A stretch of 63,921 nucleotides of DNA, filler included, from Octopus bimaculoides (taxonomy: Eukaryota), in assembly GCF_001194135.2 (NCBI RefSeq). It is 7 parts of 6 records of this genome, joined end to end, with 100 filler letters (N's around TTAATTAATTAA, not from the genome) between each part and the next. Parts side by side here need not be neighbours in the genome. Positions count along the whole stretch, not along the records: positions 1 to 27,532 come from NC_068988.1; 6 more parts are not named here. One strand, given 5' to 3'. The translations under genes were made by a program, and so were the position numbers. The notes under the pieces are model-generated. The model was given only the letters and a program-made list of their open reading frames with translations. It made no database searches and had not been told where the DNA came from. The number at the start of each line of letters is the position of its first letter. Position 1 is the first letter of the stretch. This document shows positions 1 through 12,359 of the stretch, one piece after another.

Positions 1-19
1 TATAGAAACAACAAGCATT

Positions 20-110
20 AAAATCGGTTTTGGCAAATCCGTTTCGGTTTTACTGATCATAATATAAAACCGGTTTTAACCGGTTTTATAAAACCGGTTT
101 CGAGCCCTAG
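20..110. repeat. Cluster of AACCGGTT palindromes ending in CGAGCCCTA; possible right end of a MITE cut by the window edge
   Basis: AACCGGTT at 68-75, 78-85 and 92-99; TAAAACCGGTTTTA (65-78) is a perfect palindrome; the reverse-complement terminus reads TAGGGCTCG. Confidence 0.35.
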
Positions 111-151
111 TATGTACATATATGTGGGTATACATGCATACATATTCTTTG

Positions 152-187
<36 letters not shown>

Positions 188-189
188 TT

Positions 190-620
190 ATTGTATCACT
201 GGTTAGGAGTGATATACAGTTACTGGAAATTATGGTCATCCATAGTAATGGTACAACTGGCTAGCAGTGATAACCATTCATAATAGAAGAGATAGCCATC
301 CATTGTTATCATACAATGGCTAGGTGTTATTTAGAGTTTGTAGAATGTATAACCATCTCATAGTTGTTGTACAATTGGTTAGAAGTGATATACATGAAGT
401 TATTGGAAACTATAGCCTTCCATAGTTATTCTCCAGATGGCTAGGATTGATATAAAGTTAGTGGAAGTTATAGGTTTCCATATTTATTTATTTATCGTTA
501 GATGAAATATAGATTCTGTAGAAAGTATAACCATCCATTGTTATTCTACGACTGAACAGAAGCGATATAGATTTGATGGAAATTTTGGCTATCCGTAGTT
601 TGTGTACATCTAACCTACTT
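190..620. repeat. Degenerate ~60-bp tandem repeat (about 7 units)
   Basis: Recurring motif (T)AGCCATCCATAGTTATT..TACAACTGG.TAG.AGTGATATA at roughly 60-bp spacing. Confidence 0.55.
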
Positions 621-1560
621 AGGATACGTTGTGAATTTCCTCCACAACGGAGGATCTTCATTTCTTTTCGCTTTTTTCCCCTAAATAGTCTTCGTACATT
701 CAAGGTCTTAGAGAAATTTCTCATTCTTTTGGTATCTATCAATGCAGTCTTTTGTATGCCGAATGAATAGCAGGTGCCAAATATAACCTTCCGGGCGAAA
801 CCTACAACGTCACGATGCTTTGCAGAAGTATCTTATTTACTCGTTTGTAAATCTCTTTCGGCAGGTGACTTTCAGGATCTTTCCGAGGTATTGTTGACGG
901 ATGGCCACTATCGCTCACATTGCTCTCCGTATCAGGAAAAGTTTTTAGCATTGGTGCAATACCGAGAGAAGAAGAGACAGTATTCGCTTCAGCTGCTCTT
1001 GTACTGAGCAAGTTTTCAGAATGAGAAACACCATGGGTCAGTGCATAGGGTTCTAACAAACCTTATCAATTACTTTTGCGAACTTTAACTGATGTTATAA
1101 GCATTTCAACGGGAATATTCCAAGACAACAATCAGCACTAGATTTTTGCCTTATGTCTACTGTCTTATTTTCTAACGAAAATCCACTGGTTATTTCCTAG
1201 GGTTAACAGCAATAAGAGCCATTAATGTAGTTCATGATTTCTTGGTGCATTATCTAAAGATTTATGCCCCAGATTTTTACAATGTTAAAAGAACAGTTAG
1301 ATTTAATCATAAGATTTTCCGAACAATTGAACTGGTAAAACTTCCCCAAGTCCCAAACCTTTACATCAATAGCCTTTCTATTTCCCCTACAGTTACCGAG
1401 GAATTGATGAAAAAAATATAACATAGAAAGGTACTGTGAACTAGGATAGAGAAACCAATGAATATTAAAGCATATATTAAAACAGATGTAGCAGTCAGAG
1501 CTTTCCTCTTACTAGACAAATATCCTACAATACATTTTCAGTGCCTGTATTGATACTGAA
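620..1560 (+). mobile_element. Possible highly decayed L1/Tx1-like reverse transcriptase remnant
   Basis: TTGTATGCCGAATGAATAGCA (~752-773) resembles a frameshifted LYADDIA; it is followed by FAEVS..CKS and KFLAL at spacing similar to L1 FSKVSG..QKS and KYLG; very degenerate. Confidence 0.25.
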
Positions 1561-2249
1561 ATTTGGGATACTTGGTTGGTTTATAAGAGAAATCTGCTTC
1601 ATAAACATTAAAAGTTGCATTGATTAAGTGCAAGTTTTCACAGGTTCTTTTTTATGAAGAAAAGTGAAGGAAAATGCTTAAGGTTACTATCGAGAGCTTT
1701 CGAGTACCGTATAACATTCAGACAGCACTAGGTAAGCAAGAGGAGCAAAATCAAATACATCAACCAAATGCCGAAAAATGAAGTGACTCGTAACATCCTG
1801 TGGGATGATAGTGAACTCATCAAAAGACACTCACTATCTGATGGCCAACCATACAAACCCAAACGTGCAACTTTGCGTATCTCAGTAAAGACCTGGAAGA
1901 AAACACTGCTTGATACAAAAAGTTTATGCATCAGTATATTTCTTGCAAAATTGAGTATGATGATAATATTAGCATGAAGTGAAACCTCATTCGATCTCGT
2001 GACAGTCACATCATGTCACGTTTCTTGGTTACACTTTTACAGTCCAAGAGCTGGCGGTAGCTACAAATATCTAATGATCAAACGAGACTGAAACCCTTAA
2101 AATCCTAAGGGGCAACCGCAAATGTCTTCTGTGGAGAATATAACATGTAATTAGCAGCTACACCAAAATATTATTGAAACAATATACAATGCTATCCACA
2201 GAAGAAGCAACATCTGTACCATATAATACATATCAACATAAAGGATATT

Positions 2250-2580
2250 AGCGGAATATTCCCATCGAAACTTATACCAAGTGCAAGCATAACAGACACA
2301 ATGTTATTGTTTGGAATATATACTGTTGTAGAGGCTAGCTTCCCTTCAGGGTTGAACATCGCTTTGAAAATCAGCTCTTCTACCCTCAATATAAATTTGC
2401 ATTAATACTAATAACCATTGGTGCACTCGGTTATGTTAGCAAACGTCTCAGTGAAACTGGAAAAGCTAGGGTTTCGGAATAATGAACAAAACCGGCTAAC
2501 ACGCACTTTACAGATACAGTCTGTAAGTTGAACAGTAAAAATATTCAAGATGTTTCCAAAATTCAGCTTGTGACCCTTAT
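2250..2580 (+). mobile_element. R4/Dong-like (RLE) non-LTR retrotransposon 3' fragment
   Basis: Translates piecewise to NIPIETYTKCKHNR..IVW and ITIGALGY..LEKLGF..LQIQS, matching the copies at 11064-11540 and 12506-12733. Confidence 0.65.
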
Positions 2581-2689
2581 CGTTGTTATCTAAATTCTAT
2601 CGATGGGGTTTCTGTTTCTTTATTAGAAAATAGTTCCAACTTTATACAAAAAAAATTCTAATGAATGAAGAGAAAAGAAACGCAAACAT

Positions 2690-2755
2690 TTAAGGGAGTG
2701 CTCCAGCATGGCCACAGTCAGATGACTGAAACAAGTAAAAGTAAAAGAAAAGAAT
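2690..2755 (+). mobile_element. SINE 3' end fragment
   Basis: GCTCCAGCATGGCCACAGTC..ATGACTGAAACAAGTAAAAG, shared with 17490-17545, 42040-42090 (minus) and 59790-59838. Confidence 0.6.
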
Positions 2756-3049
2756 TCATCCATCCATCCATCCATCCATCCATCCATCCATCGAACCTAC
2801 CTACCTACCTACCTACCTACCCTACCTACCTTCGTTACCTTTTCCTTGTATGTGACCTTCTTAGAAGCCAGCGGGGCTGACTTCTGAGCCCTATTGAGAA
2901 GCTCGCAGTTTATTTGCTGTGAAATGATAAGGGAGTTCATTGTCCCGATTGACTGTATCGTCCATTAGTAAGGACAAAGGAAGAAACTACTTGAGCTCAC
3001 GCCTCGCTTTCATTTCACCTTTCATTGACCAATAATAACTGAACAACAT

Positions 3050-3730
3050 AATCGCCATCACCATCGTCGTCGTCGTCGTCGTTGTCACCACCATCATCAT
3101 CATCATCAGCAGCAGCAGCAGCAACAACAACAACAATAGCAACAAGATTACAACATTACATAAAAGAAAAAATACCGAAAAGAAACAAGAAAAACCGTAG
3201 CTGTTCATTGTCGTAACGACGATGGCGGTGATGGGTGGTGGTGGTGGTGGTGGTGGCAACGGTGGTGGAAATGCTGACGGTGGTGGTGAGGATGAGGCTG
3301 ATAAGAGTGGTGTTGGTGGCGGTAGTGGTGGTGACGGTGGCGGCGTCGATCATGTTAGTTCCAGGTCTGTCCTGATGATGCTAACCCGTGTCAGCGACAT
3401 TCCTTCCTATCTCAACATCTCCATTTTTATATCCAGTGTCCTTCCTCCGTTTAAGAAGCTTAAATGTGATTTCAGGGAGATTCTGATGCTTCTTCTATCA
3501 AACTGAATCACCACTTAAACGAGGGCAGCGGTGATGCTATTTCTGGGGTTGCTGCTGATGGTGGTGATGCTGGTCATAGTGTTGGTGGTGATGCCGTTGA
3601 TGATGATTGATTGTGGTGTCGGTATTAGCGGAAGTGATGATGGGGGTGGCTGTCGTTGTAGTGGTCATAGTGATAGTGATGATGATTATGGTGATAAGAA
3701 GGTAATGGTGGCGGTGGTGATAACTGTTGG
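3050..3730. repeat. Compound trinucleotide microsatellite region (CAT/CGT/CAG/CAA; GGT/GAT)
   Basis: Directly visible; explains the low-complexity ORFs here. Confidence 0.9.
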
Positions 3731-5041
3731 CGTTCTTTAGCAGACCCAGGATCGTCGTAATTTTTCGGGTCATCCTACAACGAAGTGGGATCTATTTCAA
3801 AACGGGGGCACCAGTTTTCATTTATGTTTTATGTAGTGTTTTTGGTACCGAAAGGCTTTCAAACTTCGTATACTTATCTATTTTGTGTTATAGAACAGAA
3901 AAAAATTTTTGTATTCGAATTTATTTCATGTAAAAAATTGTCTTATCTCGATAATTTCTACTAATCACTGACGTCTATTCAGTGGCGGCGGCNNNNNNNN
4001 NNNNNNNNNNNNNNNNNNNNNNNNNNNNNNNNNNNNNNNNNNNNNNNNNNNNNNNNNNNNNNNNNNNNNNNNNNNNNNNNNNNNNNNNNNNNNNNNNNNN
4101 NNNNNNNNNNNNNNNNNNNNNNNNNNNNNNNNNNNNNNNNNNNNNNNNNNNNNNNNNNNNNNNNNNNNNNNNNNNNNNNNNNNNNNNNNNNNNNNNNNNN
4201 NNNNNNNNNNNNNNNNNNNNNNNNNNNNNNNNNNNNNNNNNNNNNNNNNNNNNNNNNNNNNNNNNNNNNNNNNNNNNNNNNNNNNNNNNNNNNNNNNNNN
4301 NNNNNNNNNNNNNNNNNNNNNNNNNNNNNNNNNNNNNNNNNNNNNNNNNNNNNNNNNNNNNNNNNNNNNNNNNNNNNNNNNNNNNNNNNNNNNNNNNNNN
4401 NNNNNNNNNNNNNNNNNNNNNNNNNNNNNNNNNNNNNNNNNNNNNNNNNNNNNNNNNNNNNNNNNNNNNNNNNNNNNNNNNNNNNNNNNNNNNNNNNNNN
4501 NNNNNNNNNNNNNNNNNNNNNNNNNNNNNNNNNNNNNNNNNNNNNNNNNNNNNNNNNNNNNNNNNNNNNNNNNNNNNNNNNNNNNNNNNNNNNNNNNNNN
4601 NNNNNNNNNNNNNNNNNNNNNNNNNNNNNNNNNNNNNNNNNNNNNNNNNNNNNNNNNNNNNNNNNNNNNNNNNNNNNNNNNNNNNNNNNNNNNNNNNNNN
4701 NNNNNNNNNNNNNNNNNNNNNNNNNNNNNNNNNNNNNNNNNNNNNNNNNNNNNNNNNNNNNNNNNNNATATATATATATATATATATACATATACTCACA
4801 CCCACACACACATATACATACATAGAAAGAAATGAAGGAGGGAGGGAGGTAGAGTGATGGGGCAATGTAATAAAAAACGTAATGAGTGGGAATGGGCTGA
4901 AGTATAAGGGACGAGATGTGGCTTGATAAGAGATAAGTGAAGGACGTGAATGGAGGGGTAGTAGGAGGAGAGAGAAGTAATATGAGTGAAACAGAGTTGA
5001 CATGGATCAGCAAAGGAAGGGGAGAGAAACAGAGAGAGGGG

Positions 5042-5075
<34 letters not shown>

Positions 5076-5367
5076 CAGAGAGAGAGAGAGAAGAAAGGTG
5101 GAGAACAGATGACGAGTGAAACTGCAATCTTTAACAGATAAAGCAAGAAACGAGAAGAAGCGCCAAGATGATGCATTTATGGGAAGGGGAGAGAAGGGAG
5201 CATGGATAGGAACGGTGGAGGGCAAGGTGGCGCATGGCGCGCGTGTGTGTGTCTGGGTGGGTGCATATTTGTGCACGTCTTTAGACGTACGTGCGTGTAT
5301 GTGTATGTTTCTGTGCGTCTGTGGATGTATTTGTATGCGCGTGAGTAAAGTATATGGGCGCATCGTT

Positions 5368-5405
<38 letters not shown>

Positions 5406-5632
5406 TGTGTGAGTATGCAATTATGTGCGAGAAAAGAACAAAAAGAAAAACACGAGGAAAAGGAAGAGAAGAGTAAATGAATGAAAAAAAAGATAGATGG
5501 ACGGACAAGGGAGGAGATAACATGACAAGTCAAGAGGGCTGCCAAGGGTTTGCAACACTGTTTACAGGAGGGTACATTCCATATGCAGACACAACACGTA
5601 GGGTACACAGCTAGACACAAATGAAGGCACAT

Positions 5633-5669
<37 letters not shown>

Positions 5670-6039
5670 AAATATCGAGAGGATTAAAAACCAAATGACA
5701 GTATGTCAAATAGCGATTGTAGGAATTCCTAACAAACAGAGACAAAAAAATATAGTTTAGACTCTCCCTTTAATTCCAGCCTTCAGCTAAGTCCCCAGGC
5801 CATTTCTTTCTTCCGTTTACTTTTTAACTTTTTTTCTTGTATCTATCACGTGTGTTTGTCTTAAGGCTGAGTGAATTTATCAACATGCATTTAATACATG
5901 AAGTAAATAGTGAAGTACTTACTTTACACTGAAATAACAGTTACCTTCGCTTCTTTCTTTCTCCTTGTCACTCCTCTATTTGTCACTCTACTCCTTTTCT
6001 CATAGTATGTGATACCATGAACACTTTCATTTCAACAGT

Positions 6040-6478
6040 CCTTTGGTGGTATATCGGAATATCTGAAGATTAGTAGGGACATCTGCTGCACACGAATAGG
6101 AGTCTGCATGAACACCAAAAGCAGTTCCCTCAGAATAGCGACCCAGTGAATAATCAGATTCTAATGTACATATGTATGGGTTATAATTTTGAATACTGGT
6201 ATACATTTCGTACTATGTTGTTTAAAGCCCGTTCCCATTATTCGGTTACCTGATGTATGGAGGTATATGCCACTAAATTTACTTCAGAAATTCCAGCTAT
6301 GCTGAAAAACAGCAGCCATGCTGGAACACCACCTTGAAAAATTCTTAGATTAACGAATTGACTCCAATACGTTTTTTTAAAGCTTGGTATATATTCTAGT
6401 GAATAACCAGACGGGCAAATAACAACATGACAACCAAAACTCAGGATCTCTAGCAAGACACAACTTTATGTATGGATG
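6040..6478 (+). mobile_element. Penelope-like element GIY-YIG endonuclease remnant
   Basis: TGGTATATCGGAATATCT..AGGAGTCTGCATGAACAC translates to WYIGIS..RSLHEH (YIG..R..EH pattern); a hammerhead-like motif follows, as in PLE pLTRs. Confidence 0.45.
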
Positions 6479-6576
6479 CACCTGATGAAACCCAGACTGC
6501 AAAATGGTTGCAACACATGTTGAACGGAGTCCCATCCATAAGGACAGTAGCAGGATGGGTCGAAACGGCCGTTGTG
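6479..6576 (+). ncRNA. Type I hammerhead ribozyme-like motif (PLE-type, extended stem II)
   Basis: CAC-CTGATGA (6482-6488)-AACCC...GGGTC-GAAA (6562-6565)-C GGCC G-TT-GTG; palindromic stem III; 3-bp stem I; A-C mismatch at the base of stem II. Confidence 0.55.
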
Positions 6577-6769
6577 AAAAATAAAGTTTATTATCGAAAC
6601 CATCTTCTCGTTATTTAAGTAATTATCATTATTACCTCAACTAACACTGTACAGTTCCTGAAGTAGGTCGAACGGAAATATACATACCCATTAGTCCAAA
6701 ATATTCTATATATATATATATATATAACAGTGAGGTATTAACAAAATACAACATATCAGGTATTGAAGC

Positions 6770-7150
6770 CATCCTCATCAAAATACAGCTTAGATGGTCA
6801 GGTCATCTCTCCCGTATGACTGATATCAGAATTCCGAAGCAACTCCTCTTTGGCCAATTCACAACTGGAAGGTCAGTTGGAAGACCACTATTGCGCATAA
6901 AGACAAACTAAACGATGCAACTTTCCCTTTTCTTCCTGGGAAAATAAGGCATCAGAACGAAGGACCTGGCGCCAGCCCTGCTTCTCCTCGGTTCAAAGAT
7001 TTGAGCAATGTCGACTCCATCATCGGGACCAACTTCGTGCAAGCATGAAGGCACGCTGGCAAAATGCTGCTCCTTTAAATGGTAACTTTACCTGTCATTG
7101 TGGTTTTGTAGTACTTAGCCATGCCGTCCACTCAAGAAAACACAAAGTGA
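6770..7150 (+). mobile_element. RTE-clade LINE 3' fragment
   Basis: QLRWSGHLSRMTDIRIPKQLLFG..GRP (LRWxGHxxRM motif) plus a decayed C-terminal C2H2-like end (CHCG..SH..RKH). Confidence 0.75.
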
Positions 7151-7310
7151 ATGATCCACAAGTACTCAAGCAAACTGAGTCCTCGCCTTGTTCCATTTGC
7201 CAACAGTTTTACAAGGCACCAGAAGGCTCCAGGGAGACACATTCGTCTCCATAAAGCGTGATTACCTCTTTATTTTACTGAACCCTCATTTGTCGTTTAC
7301 GATGAGAGAA

Positions 7311-7428
7311 TATTTTTCGACTCTTATCTACAGCAATGCTGGTGCCTCGTGTACTCGCAATTATAATTATCAATTAATTATAGAATTTATGGATTTGCTC
7401 TTTTATTGGCTTTAATGCTTTCTGGCCA

Positions 7429-7430
<2 letters not shown>
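7311..7430 (+). repeat. Copy 1 of a ~105-bp direct repeat followed by an (ATT)n tail
   Basis: TATTTTTCGACTCTTAT..CTTTTATTGGCTTT is about 85% identical to 8232-8334; both are followed within ~20 bp by (ATT)n. Confidence 0.8.
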
Positions 7431-7444
<14 letters not shown>

Positions 7445-7465
<21 letters not shown>

Positions 7466-7845
7466 GTTCAGTAGTTTTATTTTTATAACGTGCTTTCACT
7501 TCACTACCGAGCGCAGCTCTGTGCGCCTTGGGTATGTGCTGTGGTTTGCTGTGGTGCTTTTATGTTTACTGTATTGAAAGTGTTTTGCGTAGAATGTGTG
7601 CAGTACCCAGTAGTGCAATTTTCTGTATGTTACATATATTTGTAAGTCCTGGTATTTTTGTTATGTATTTGTCTGAGTATTTTTTAATTATACCTAAGGC
7701 ACCTACTATGATAGGAATTGTTTCTGTTTTTAGACTCCACATTCGAGTTATCTCTATTTCCAGGTCTTTGTATTTTGAAAGTTTTTCCATTTCTTTTCGA
7801 GAAACGTTGTCATCTGCTGGTATTGATACATCAATTAGAAAGCAT
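7445..7845 (-). mobile_element. RLE-type (R4/Dong-like) LINE 3' end
   Basis: CFLIDVSIPADDNVSRKEMEKLSKYKDLEIEITRMWSLKTETIPIIVGALG is a typical RLE C-terminus; the 3' end runs into (AAT)n. Confidence 0.85.
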
Positions 7846-7882
7846 TATTATTACTATTATTACTATTATCATTATTATTATT

Positions 7883-7947
<65 letters not shown>

Positions 7948-8059
7948 TATTTATTTATGTAAAATTACACACTGATATTGTTTTGAATTTGGCGCTGGTC
8001 TTCCAACGATCACCAAGCATGGAGAAGTGAGTAAAGATTTTAACCCTAGGTAAACAGCG

Positions 8060-8124
8060 AGACCTGCTGATGAGAAATAAGAGAGTAATCTCGGAGTTCG
8101 AAATCATATGATACAGGAATGTCT
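8060..8124 (+). ncRNA. Type I hammerhead ribozyme with intact catalytic core
   Basis: CCTG-CTGATGA (8067-8073)-GAA..GAGAgtaaTCTC..TTC-GAAA (8100-8103)-TCATATGA (palindromic stem III)-TA (U16.1, H17)-CAGG; stem I CCTG/CAGG. Confidence 0.75.
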
Positions 8125-8231
8125 GTAATCTCATTTGCGACTATCAGCCGCGATGGTAAGTTAATTTCTTTGCTCGTCCCTCGATCTTCGCCGACCTGTT
8201 GTGCTTTCAGTGAAATGGTGGCTTATTAGAG

Positions 8232-8348
8232 TATTTTTCGACTCTTATTTACAGCAACACTGGTGCCTCGTGTACCCTCAATTATAATTATCAACTAATC
8301 ATAAAATTTATGGCTTTGCCCTTTTATTGGCTTTCATGGTTGCTGGCA

Positions 8349-8409
<61 letters not shown>

Positions 8410-8410
8410 C
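8232..8410 (+). repeat. Copy 2 of the ~105-bp direct repeat plus (ATT)n tail
   Basis: See 7311-7430. Confidence 0.8.
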
Positions 8411-8885
8411 TAGTTACTAACAATAATAATAATAACATATATACAATATATGTATGTATGTATATATGTATGTATGTATGTATGTATGTGTGTGTGTGTG
8501 TGTGTGTGAACGCGCTCGCGCTTGTATACATGCGTTTATGTGATTATGTATGTGTCAGTATGTATGCATCGCTCTTGTATTTATTTTGAAAGATAGCTGT
8601 GAAATCACGTGTTGAAACAACTGTAAGTCGACATTTTCATTTTGCCAGTAAGAAATGCACTAATTCTATTTTACAAAAATCATCATTATCATCATCATCG
8701 TCGTCGTCGTCGTTTTCACCACCACCACCATCATCATCACTATCATCGTCATCACCGTCGTGGTGATGGTCGTCATCAGTATGCACACATAACCTCTCTC
8801 TCACACACACGCACACACATATATGTAAGTAAATACGTTTATATATATGACGTTCAGTCTCTTAGGCACACATATATACAACAGC

Positions 8886-8937
<52 letters not shown>

Positions 8938-9209
8938 GAATAATTTTCTTAGCAGTAATGAAGATTTATTAATCAGTTTATTTTCCCCAAATTATGTAAA
9001 TAAACTCAGAAACGGTATTGTCATTATTATGGAAAAGTTGTTCTTTATTATTGTTAATGATTACCCTATACACTACGAAGAGATCTCTATTCACGACCAG
9101 ACAGTATTGACGAGTGCTTCTTAACTTACCTACATAAATGCATACATACACACTCATACATACATACATACATACATACATACATACATGCATGCATGCA
9201 TACATACAT

Positions 9210-9241
<32 letters not shown>

Positions 9242-9659
9242 TTATACGTACATCCCTACAAACATATATACGGTTACATATGCTACACACTTTTACAAAT
9301 CGTTCCTTTCAACATTGAGAATAGCCCCAAATTTATACTGATTATAATTGCTAGTAATAAACTAAGTGTAATCGATATCTCTTAATTGATCCGACGGTCA
9401 GGCTTAAATATCAGAAGAAAATAAGTAGATGTGAGGAATGAAACAAAAGAAAATCAGATTTAGAATTGTAAGATTTTATGAGTGTTTAATGGGAGTGGAT
9501 TGTAAAGGTAATGAGAATGCATGATGCTACAACAATGAAATATATTAATGAGGGTGGGTGGATTGTATACATTGTGGAGATATATGATAATGCTAAGACA
9601 GCAGAATATATATTACTACATAGATCCTTAATTATTGTTGAGGAAGGAGAACAGAACCT

Positions 9660-9905
9660 TATGGTTAGGGTGTTGCACTCACGATCGCTAGATTAAGGGT
9701 TCGATTCCCGGACAGGGCGGCGCGTTGTGTTCTTGAGCAGAGGACTTAATTTCTCGTTGCTCCCGTCCACTCAGCTGTAAATGCGGGAGAATAGCCTTCC
9801 GATCAACGAGAATGTTGGTCTGGTCGCCGAGCCAGCGGGATGGCATCATTGGAAAGCAAAAATGATGCGAAGAGCACTGTGACCAGTGATGTATAACAAC
9901 ATCCG
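9660..9905 (+). mobile_element. tRNA-derived SINE (decayed)
   Basis: B-box GGGTTCGATTCC at ~9697-9708, followed by TTGTGTTCTTGAGCA..CCACTCAGCTGTAAATG; head homologous to 53943-54040. Confidence 0.7.
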
Positions 9906-9953
9906 ACAGTTTGGCTGATACCGTGATATACATACATACATACATACACACAC

Positions 9954-10017
<64 letters not shown>

Positions 10018-10676
10018 CCCTTACATTTCCACGTGTAGTTTCTATTTTGTTTTTGTAACATATTTCTATTATATATATATATACATATATATGTACACAC
10101 ACGTGCGTACACACTGATACGGGTAGTAATGGAAATAATGTAATCAACTCTATATTGCGCCATACAAAGCTTGATGTAAATAAATTTACATGGAGCACAA
10201 AAAATACAGAATAAAATATGATGAAAACATGTAATTTCTAAACTTGACAGCTGTTTCCGGGACCCCAAATTAAAAATATTGTCGTGTTTGAGGCCACTGT
10301 ATATACGGAAAGAAGAACAAAAAAGAGGATACAAAGAGAGTATGCTTGTAGGTCAAAGTTGACATTTGCTGTAGAGTGACGTAATGTCAGTCAGCTGGTC
10401 AGGTGGCTGCTTCAGATGCAGTCTGGGATATGTGTTCGTGTGTAGATGAAGCCACATTCGAGATGTTGGATCAGCGCTTAAATTGTGAGTCATATCTAAG
10501 TTTTATAAAGGTTTGATAACTTACGGTTTAAATAATTTGTCTCTTCAGACGAAATCAGAAGTCTTTCTCTGAATACTGATACTCAGGCTATGCTGAGTAT
10601 ATGGTTTCACCAGGGGAAATAATCAGAGATGGTTGCGCCTACCGTCTGTAAGAATCTTGAGCTTTCTAATTGCGTC

Positions 10677-10707
<31 letters not shown>

Positions 10708-10879
10708 TGTATGTATGTATGTATGTATGTATGTATGTCATTGTTTTATTTAAAGATTTCTTGCCAAGAGAGAAAGAGCCTGTTTCTAACCTAGATCCTA
10801 TCTCCTTCATTGGAATTTCAGCATCAAGAACAGGGTATATTTGTTTGTTTGTTTGTATGTATGTATGTATGTATGTATG

Positions 10880-12220
10880 TATGTATGTATGTGCAGATTT
10901 GTATGTTTTATGTATGCATTCTCATGCATATACTTACATATCTAGACATGCTCATATATATTTAAATGATAAAGTTTTACAGATTTTTACAGTTCCAGTG
11001 ATGAATTGGATCTGTAATCTTCGAATTAGTTTTCTCATTTCTGGTCCTGAAAAGCCCAACTTCTCAAGATTGGTATTTAGGCTGTGTTACATATCTCAGA
11101 GTCTCAATAATTACAGGTTTAAACCTGAATTTGTAATCTGGATAGAGTAACTGCAGATTTCTCAATAGTTCAGAGTAGGTATTCTCTTTTTCACTGATCT
11201 TCAGCTTTATGTTAACATCAGCTGTGCAGCTAATTTCCACAACTGTGCACAGTTTCTCTTCTCTATACCAAATCATTATATCAGGCCTGTTGTGCTTACA
11301 TTTTATTGAGATCTTCACTGCTACATTCCACCTGTATTCCTTTTTATCATGAGTGGCTATGGCTTCTACCATATTGTGGGTTCTTATTTCTTTGTCCTCG
11401 GGATTATCCTTCCGACGGATTTCATTATAGAACGTCCTAGCTACAACGTCATATCTCATCAGTAGATAATATTGTGATGACATTTTCGGACAACTGCTTA
11501 TGATGTGGGTGAACTCCCCAAAGTCTGCATCGGTTGTCACACTTTACGGCTTTACCTGCATCTTTATTTCTTTTGTACATCAGGTACTTGGTTGATATTT
11601 CCTATTCTTGGATTGCAAACGCATACCCTTCAAAGTGGGAGGTAGTAATCCGGCTATTGATCCATTGATGATCAATGTTACTATCATCACGGAGCTTTCT
11701 ATTAACATATCTATGCATAGTCTTCTGCTCATATAGGCTCATCCTTTCATCTGATGATAGGTTGCGGTAGAGTCGTGCGACTCCTTTGGGCATGTATTCT
11801 AGGTTATCAGAAAAAGAGTGTTGCTCAATGAGGTGCCTTCCAAGTCTTATGATGTTATCAGCCTCATGTATACAAACTTAGTCAAGGGGTGCAGTTCGAC
11901 ACTTGGAGGTTGAAAGATGTTGCTGAAGGCATTTTGGATCACTGTTAAACCTCTGCCACTTTGTTTCGTTTTAGGTAGAGGCGGTCTACGCCACTGTTTA
12001 TGTGGAAATTATGTGTGCTTGTTAGTATTTTTCGGGTTTTCACGTCAATGGCTCGGATCTTATTAAGCGTCCAATCAAGCAGCCCAAATGTTGGTGAGTA
12101 CTGACACTGCAGACACATTGTGGGCCACTGTATAATTGAATGCAGAGAGTGCTGAGGTCCAAATTTTCTTTATTCAGCTGTAATATTCTTTTGTGACACG
12201 TGTTTTGTTACAGGGGCCAT
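10880..12220 (-). mobile_element. R4/Dong-like RLE LINE, 3' 1.3 kb, pseudogenised
   Basis: ORF 11064-11540 has a Zn-knuckle remnant (E..HIISSCP..Y..R.D.VA), KHNRPDIMIW (PD..D nuclease), VEISC and EKENTY; 3' UTR ends in (CATA)n. Confidence 0.85.
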
Positions 12221-12359
12221 TGTGAGATATATTTTCATCCACCCCTAGATACCTGTAGCATTCCTCGTCAGATACAGCGGAAACAGTTAAATCATCAATG
12301 GAGATGTATGTATGTATGTATGTATGTATGTATGTATGTATGTATGTATGCATGTATGT

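Noticed and set aside
1480-1530. RAFLLLDKYP resembling the pogo/Tigger LLLDNAP motif
   Set aside because: No other pogo DDE motifs could be found in frame; likely coincidence.
3368-3405. Hammerhead-like CTGATGA followed by a weak hairpin
   Set aside because: GAAA is replaced by GACA, there is no stem I or III, and it lies in GAT-rich low-complexity DNA.
3975-5127. Long ORFs (290-380 aa) spanning N-gaps, also at 20528, 31901, 37106 and 55929
   Set aside because: Their length comes from X codons in gaps and flanking microsatellites; there is no coding signal.
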